This document shows, one piece after another, positions 62,326-64,000 of a stretch of DNA of 64,000 nucleotides; the first letter of the stretch is position 1, and each line of letters starts with the position of its first letter. Below the pieces are notes generated by a model. That model was not told the origin of the DNA and did no database searches. It saw only the letters and a list, made by a program, of their open reading frames with translations. A program made the position numbers and the translations under genes. Origin of the DNA: Botryllus schlosseri (lineage: Eukaryota); NCBI GenBank assembly GCA_051294905.1, contig CM119377.1, positions 2,728,001 through 2,792,000 of the forward strand. Direction: 5' to 3'.

Positions 62326-62915
62326 CATAGTGTCCTATATGGTGTGGACGCAGGCAAATATCACGCCTCAGTGAAATTGTATCACGTCACAATTTCCATT
62401 TGGCTACAGGCAATTTGACGGTCATTTTTGACCGGCTTGCCGAGCATTAAATTTGGTAAAATTGGTATCAATCGAAAGCTGACTCTGCACTGATTACGAA
62501 AATATAAATTTTATTCCGCTCGTGGCCCTGGCACTCCCACAATCAGCCTCGAATTTTTCATTGTTATTGAGATTGGGACGAAACAATTCTGAACAATGCT
62601 GTCTGGCTCTTTTTCTCTTGAGCTATTCTCTCGTTTCGCCAGACAGCATTATTGCGTCCCAATGCCAATCTCGAAAACAATGAAAAATTCGAGGCTGATT
62701 GTGGTAGTTCCAGGGCCACGAGCGGAATAAAATTTATATTTTCGTAATCAGTGCAGAGTCAGCTTTCGATTGATACCTGTTTTACCAAATTTAATGCTCG
62801 GCAAGCCGGTCAAAAATGACCGTCAAATTGCCTGTAGCCAAATGGAAATTGTGACGTGATACGATTTCACTGAGGCGTGAGATTTGCCTGTGTTGACACC
62901 ATATAGGACACTATG
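62326..62915. mobile_element. 590-bp near-perfect palindrome: P-superfamily (Galileo/1360-like) foldback MITE
   Basis: CATAGTGTCC...GGACACTATG ends (CANRG type); arms about 250-270 bp; 7-bp TSD GTTCTAT on both sides. Confidence 0.8.
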
Positions 62916-63091
62916 GTTCTATAATCGCATTTAGAGGCGTCAATATGAAGTTTAAATGGTCAATTGGTCATAGTAGCGACGTCATTTTGGTTAATACAAT
63001 ATCACAACAATGGCGAGCACCATATTTCCGTCATTCTAAAAATTATACTATAGGCCACAGAGAAACAAAGCCCCCGTAACAAGCCAATAGT

Positions 63092-63688
63092 TCACTTTTT
63101 AGTTGAGGCCAGCACTCTCTGCATGGCGTCTAAGAAAGTCGAAAAAGTATACTCGTTATAAGCAACATGTGACGAAATCCCATTTAAAACAAGTTCATTG
63201 CACTTAACACCCAATACTCTGTACTGGGGAGCAAAAAATTTAAAGTTGAAGATTTGAAATACCGGCCAAAGCGCAAAATCAAATGTTAGTAAGATTGGGA
63301 CTTTATCTTTCGTTTCTTCGAGCATCTGCGTAAAATTGTTGCCTTGCAATAAACTCAATCCTCCAATAAACCACGCATACCAAACTGGCGACGACAACAT
63401 GTCTAAACACAGCTTTCTTGATATCATCTTGAATGAATGTCCTGGATAAGTCAGGTCCAGGAAACGGTACCAATAATGGACGAATGGGCCGAGCAATAGA
63501 TTCATTGTTGTGATATCTCTTGTTCTCTTCCCATTCCATTCGAATCGCTCAGATTGTTGTTCCAACTTCTGTGCTACTAAATCGCCCACGCATCCTAGTA
63601 CTCCAGACGTGAGAGTGTTCACAGCAAGTGCGTGCTTTCCCGTATAACCCTTTTTTACAGCAGCAAATGCACGCAAAAGCAATCTCAT
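63092..63688 (-). CDS. MPV17L2: Mpv17/PMP22 family membrane protein, MPV17L2-like, copy B (198 aa, intronless)
   Basis: Colinear paralog of 58727-59317 with the same motifs (GPFVHYWYRFLD, LWPVFQIFNF). Confidence 0.82.
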   Translation of the reverse strand: MRLLLRAFAAVKKGYTGKHALAVNTLTSGVLGCVGDLVAQKLEQQSERFEWNGKRTRDITTMNLLLGPFVHYWYRFLDLTYPGHSFKMISRKLCLDMLSSPVWYAWFIGGLSLLQGNNFTQMLEETKDKVPILLTFDFALWPVFQIFNFKFFAPQYRVLGVKCNELVLNGISSHVAYNEYTFSTFLDAMQRVLASTKK

Positions 63689-64000
63689 ACCAACGATTTG
63701 CGTAATTCCAACCGTTTTTTTTCACTGCTTCGCTTCCCACAAGCGCTATAGATGAAATTACATTTTCCCGTACGGCGAATGTCTCTCTGCCGATAGTATG
63801 GTCTACTTGCAGGACTTCCGTCAAGTGATTGATTGTGCAGTGCAGAACAACGATGGACTGGCAGTGCGCAAGGTGTAAGAATACATGCCGCCAACTGTGT
63901 GTGAAATGCGGGAAAACAGTAAGAACCGAAGAAGAAGAATGGATATCCCATTGCTCAAATGCGCAAAGTCAATGAAAATGAGGCCAAGGCTCAAGCCCCT

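Overview
Eukaryotic (metazoan, AT-rich, GT-AG introns) genomic DNA, most likely from a marine invertebrate; an ascidian is plausible but not provable from this window. Genes, reconstructed by hand from splice sites and reading-frame phase: (1) the last 7 coding exons of a phosphoglucomutase-2 gene (+, 1358-7126); (2) an ACOT9-like acyl-CoA thioesterase whose coding region is one uninterrupted ORF (-, 10053-11294); (3) a head-to-tail array of three intact paralogous genes (+, 18558-29637, 30838-41987, 50225-56633), each encoding a secreted signal peptide - TSP1 repeat - type-3 dicopper domain protein that resembles a single molluscan-hemocyanin functional unit, with all six copper histidines but unusual second-shell residues; (4) two tandem intronless MPV17L2-like genes (-). 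Introns and intergenic DNA are packed with non-autonomous elements: several hAT-type MITE families with 8-bp TSDs (some nested), foldback elements including a P/Galileo-like palindrome with a 7-bp TSD, tRNA-derived SINEs, a probable Helitron family, and Penelope-like fragments carrying minimal hammerhead ribozyme motifs. The TSP1-copper-oxidase array is the main candidate for an undescribed system. All family calls are from motif recognition; no database searches were run.
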